A stretch of 58,813 bases of DNA, filler included, from Barthelona sp. PAP020 (taxonomy: Eukaryota): the NCBI GenBank assembly GCA_040182905.1. It is 2 parts of 2 records of this genome, joined end to end, with 100 filler letters (N's around TTAATTAATTAA, not from the genome) between each part and the next. Parts side by side here need not be neighbours in the genome. Positions count along the whole stretch, not along the records: positions 29,488 to 58,813 come from JARQWU010000120.1; 1 more part is not named here. One strand, given 5' to 3'. The notes beneath the pieces are model-generated. The model was not told the DNA's origin. It did not search any database and was given only the letters and a program-made list of their open reading frames with translations. Of the stretch, positions 54,995 through 58,813 are shown one piece after another; position 1 is the stretch's first letter; every line of letters begins with the position of its first letter. The translations under genes were made by a program, and so were the position numbers.

Positions 54995-55088
54995 CTCGAC
55001 AACTGATGAACAATGGAGATACATCATAATAATCACATAAACTAATAGCAGCGTTATAATCCAAGAGCATTTTGCATTCATCAAGTCT
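54995..55088 (-). pseudogene. Single-repeat fragment of the ankyrin family
   Basis: LDECKMLLDYNAAISLCDYYDVSPLFISC, with the same nucleotide blocks (atccaagagcattttg, caatggaga, acaactgat) as the arrays. Confidence 0.8.
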
Positions 55089-55714
55089 TCTTCTTTCTTT
55101 CTTTTTTGAAGACAACTTCTTCATTGCTTTTATCTTGTAATATTGGATAATTGGAGACAAAATTGCAAATATTACAAATAAGTGGGTATTTTGGAGAAGC
55201 ACATCTTCAATCTCCTTCACAATGAGATGTGTCTCCAAAATTGGTGTATGTGCAACCCTCAATTGAATAAACAAAAGCAAAAGCATCTACAATTAATATT
55301 TTTTGTTCCAGTTGATTTGGACACTAATAACAAGAAATAATAAAAGCCTCTTGAAATTCGATTTGACCGTGAAACAAATGTGTAAAGATGATAAAAACTG
55401 AGAAAACTTATTTTACATATCTCAGTCAAAGGCTAGACTTCAATCTTGATAATCAACAGTGAATTGGCCAGATTCAAAATGACTGTACTTATTTATTGGA
55501 GGAAAACTCAGAGAACTCATTGTAAATTTCAAAAGAAACCCCCTATGGACGTGGAATTGAAGAATCAAAATCAATATTGGGTATCATGTATGACATTTGG
55601 AAATTTCCTCTCTGTTTATTATTTTTGCAAGAGCAATATTTAAAAGTTCCACCTTCCATTTTGGAGAAATTTCAAGTTTCAACAGATTAATCGCGCTTTG
55701 AAAGCCTTTAATCT

Positions 55715-56033
55715 TATTTTCAAGCAAGAAATATTGTGCCTATGAGTGAAAAAGAAAGAATAGTGTTTGTTTGGTAAAAGCTTCCAAGGCCCTAATGATC
55801 TGTTGAAACTTTTAATTTTTCAAAAGTGAATGTTAAAAACTTTAAAATTTTGCTTTTGCCAGATACAAAAAAACAAGGATGGGTAAATTTCTCAGAAATT
55901 TTCACACTGGCTCGTCAAAATTACATTTCACTCCCTGGACACCCCCTAGATTTTGATTTAAATTTGTTTGAAAAACTCTTTTGAGTTAACTTTCACTGTG
56001 AATAATTGTAGTTATTTCACAACTAGACCAATT
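55715..56033 (+). repeat. Dispersed repeat, segment A
   Basis: Colinear with 14033-14330 (tatgagtgaa, aagaatagtgttt, tgatctgttgaaa, attacatttca, gagttaactttc, tttcacaact.gacca). Confidence 0.88.
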
Positions 56034-56401
56034 TATTAATTTATTTGTAGCCCAGTATGCGTCAACTTCCGCATTTAATGGTAAAATGAAAACCTCATGC
56101 AACTCTCTTTTAGATTAACGAAAAACATGAAACTGCTAATTTTTTCTTTACAAACAAATTACGGCAACATGGAGTTTTTTGTTGTTTAGACAAATAATCA
56201 GAACATGACAGCATGAAATGAAAGAGGAATTTTTGCATGAAACTAATGTTCCCAAAAGAAACATTCCTTATCCTCTTTTCGTTAATCAGAAGGTAACCTT
56301 TCCCAATGATCATATCCAAAAAGAAACTATGAGTCACATAGGAAAAAGATAAATAATAAAACATGTGTTGAATAGAAATAAAACCCCGCAAACAAACCTT
56401 T

Positions 56402-57883
56402 CTAATCATCAGCATCACTCTCATCATCTTCTATCTCTTCATCAATATACTGACGCATATTGCCACCATTTCTTTCATTAATGTCAACCAAATCCCAACA
56501 ATAGTTGATTGACATATCGAAATCTCTTTGATTCATGTAAGTTCCAGCACTTACAAATTCTCGAATGATAACACTGTTTACATTCATTGCAACAAGGGTT
56601 GATAAAAGATAGCCCTCATTCTTCACCAATTCAATTAACTCAGATTTAGAAAAATGTTCAAATTTCAAATCCACATGTTCACCACTCTCCAATTGTTGCT
56701 TCAAATTGGAACAGCTCAAAATGGAGTATCCATTGTTTTTTTTCCATTCCTCGTCACTTGTATACAATCTGTTGAAAAATAATACCATATCTTCACCATA
56801 TACATTTATTTCGCGACAACTAAGAAGCATTTTGGCAATTTCAAGATGACCTTGATGACAACTTATATACAATGAAGACCATCTATCATTTACACAGATA
56901 TTAAGATCAGCTCCATTATCCAAAAGTATTTTAGCAATATTAAGGTGACCATTTTGACAGCTGATATACAATGGAGACGCACCATTCTTTTTGCACAAAT
57001 TAACATCAACATCATTCTCCAAAAGCATCTTGATCACATCAAGATAACCATTCAGACAGCTGATGTACAATGGAGAAGCACCATTTTTCTCACACAAATT
57101 TATATCAGCCCCATGATCTAAAAGCATTTTGACAACATCAAGATGACCATTTTGACAACTAATATACAATGGAGAAGCATCATTATTGTTGGACAAATTT
57201 ACATCAGCTCCATGGTCCAAGACCATTTTAGCAACATCAAGATGACCTGTTTCGCAACTGATATACAATGGAGAAGCACCATTATTGTCGCATAAATTAA
57301 TATCAGCCCCATGATCCAAGAGTATTTTGACAAAATCAAGATGACCATTATAACAACAAACAAACAATGAAGAAAAACCGTTATTAGTGCATAAATTAAC
57401 ATCTGCTCCATGATCCAAGAGCAGTGCGGCAACAGAAAAATGACCATTTTGACAGCTAATATATAATGGAGAAGCATCATTATTGTTGGACAAATTAACA
57501 TCTGCTCCATGATCAATGAGCATTCTGGCAACATCAAGATGACCATTTTGACAACTGACATAGAATGGCGAAAATCCACCAATCATACTCAAATCAACAT
57601 CAGCACCAAAATCCAACAAAACCTCAACAACTTCGATTTGCCCATTTATAGCAGCTCCATACAATGATGTCCTTCCTTCCTTTCCCTGTTTGTTCACATC
57701 CACGCCAGCTTTGATACACTGCTTGACAAGCTCCAGATTTCCATCACATGCAGCCCAATAAATTTTCTTTGGACGGCCATCTTCTTCAAATCCATTCACA
57801 TCAACTGCATCTGGAACAACAACTTGATCCATGTTATGCTTGATGTAAGGATCAAGTTCCTCAACTACACTATTAACAACCAT
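56402..57883 (-). CDS. Ankyrin-repeat protein (~10 repeats) + shared C-terminal domain; kinase-less paralog of 8900-12379
   Basis: The linker KHNMDQVVVPD, the cap repeat and the C-terminus ending EDDESDADD are nearly identical to the paralog. Confidence 0.92.
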   Translation of the reverse strand: MVVNSVVEELDPYIKHNMDQVVVPDAVDVNGFEEDGRPKKIYWAACDGNLELVKQCIKAGVDVNKQGKEGRTSLYGAAINGQIEVVEVLLDFGADVDLSMIGGFSPFYVSCQNGHLDVARMLIDHGADVNLSNNNDASPLYISCQNGHFSVAALLLDHGADVNLCTNNGFSSLFVCCYNGHLDFVKILLDHGADINLCDNNGASPLYISCETGHLDVAKMVLDHGADVNLSNNNDASPLYISCQNGHLDVVKMLLDHGADINLCEKNGASPLYISCLNGYLDVIKMLLENDVDVNLCKKNGASPLYISCQNGHLNIAKILLDNGADLNICVNDRWSSLYISCHQGHLEIAKMLLSCREINVYGEDMVLFFNRLYTSDEEWKKNNGYSILSCSNLKQQLESGEHVDLKFEHFSKSELIELVKNEGYLLSTLVAMNVNSVIIREFVSAGTYMNQRDFDMSINYCWDLVDINERNGGNMRQYIDEEIEDDESDADD

Positions 57884-57940
57884 TGTCTTTAAAACAGAGA
57901 TGATTTTTCTTTAAATATTTGTCCCTCAAATCAGTCATTA

Positions 57941-58363
57941 TTTTGAAACAATCGTCATCTAAATGAAATATAATGATTGACTGGTTCGAGCGGGGTGGAA
58001 AACATTTCAATGTATTGTTATATTGTTTCTTAAGATTTCCCAATTCGAATTGAAACTGTGCTTTCGATATTGATTGAAAATGTTGCATAATTATGAACGT
58101 TTGTCGTGATGTTGTTTATTCGATTATTTATGGTGAAAGACATTGTTCCCATTTAGTTTCACAGATTTATTGAATTAGTTGTGGTATTGACATATTTATG
58201 CTCATGAGATTCATAAATTGAACAGATAAAGTGTCATATGAATGAATCACGTCTTCTTTTTTTCTTGTATTGATACTCCTGTTCAATATCTTTCATCATG
58301 TAACATTGGATGATTGAAAGCGCAACCTCAAATATGATTAATGCTTTGAAGAACCACATCTTC
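57941..58363. repeat. Diverged duplicate of the block upstream of the kinase-ankyrin gene (12382-12815)
   Basis: Anchors ttttgaaaca...aaatgaaat at one end and catt.gatgattga...gca.c.tca...atcttc at the other. Confidence 0.7.
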
Positions 58364-58813
58364 AATTCCCTTTTCAATGAGAGTTTTCAATGTTGTTAGT
58401 GTGACAAACGTTCAATTGAAATAAATAAGAGCAAAAGCATGTATAATTGATATTTTTTTGTTTATTTGGAAAAGGAATGAGCATCTGAAATTTTATTGGA
58501 TGATCAAATGCGAAAATTTCTGTCAAGTTGCAAAACAATTACCTATTTAAAAAATATTAGCCCAAAATACTCATTAAGTAAATTTCAACCAAAATCCGAG
58601 ATGAATCGAAGACAAATAATCGATTTTGTCTGTCAAACAATAGAATTGAAAAAAATCTTCTCAACTGATCATTTGTATTCAAAAAAACAAGAGTTTTAAA
58701 GTTTTATTAGATATTTATGAGGTATGAGTTGTTCAGTGAACAACGAAACGAGTTAGCTTAAGGTTTGGGAAAAACTCATGTGGATTCAGATGCCCAAGTA
58801 ACTTAAAAAATTG

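Noticed and set aside
57983..57998. GGTTCGA T-loop-like motif suggesting a tRNA
   Set aside because: No cloverleaf stems around it. No tRNA, rRNA or snRNA was recognised anywhere in the window.

Overview
AT-rich, gene-dense eukaryotic DNA read with the standard genetic code. It is probably from a flagellated protist: the genes are nearly intronless, the introns are 36-43 nt, and Arp2/3, EARP and an axonemal inner protein are present. An artificial 100-bp linker (44 N + TTAATTAATTAA + 44 N at 29388-29487) joins two pieces that may not be adjacent. Housekeeping genes include PDRG1-like, ARPC3, RMI1/TDRD3-like, PA28, p23, RRS1, gamma-COP-like, POP5, glucosidase II alpha, a TM2 protein, UBXN11-like, UTP15, VPS50, DBP2/DDX5, LKB1-like and two membrane calpain-like genes. 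There is also a bacterial-type HAD gene and an intact single-ORF tyrosine-recombinase (DIRS-class) retroelement bounded by 10-bp inverted repeats. Two accessory islands (about 6.5-14.7 kb and 55.0-58.4 kb) hold a pseudokinase-ankyrin gene, a kinase-less paralog, WD40/LRR/ankyrin pseudogenes and a structured dispersed repeat. The main finding is that both ankyrin proteins and the WD40 pseudogene end in the same unrecognised ~80-aa C-terminal domain, which the ORF track hides behind a nonsense codon. This suggests a lineage-specific family of interchangeable, hypervariable repeat sensors on a common adaptor/effector domain. All assignments are by eye from motifs; no searches were run.
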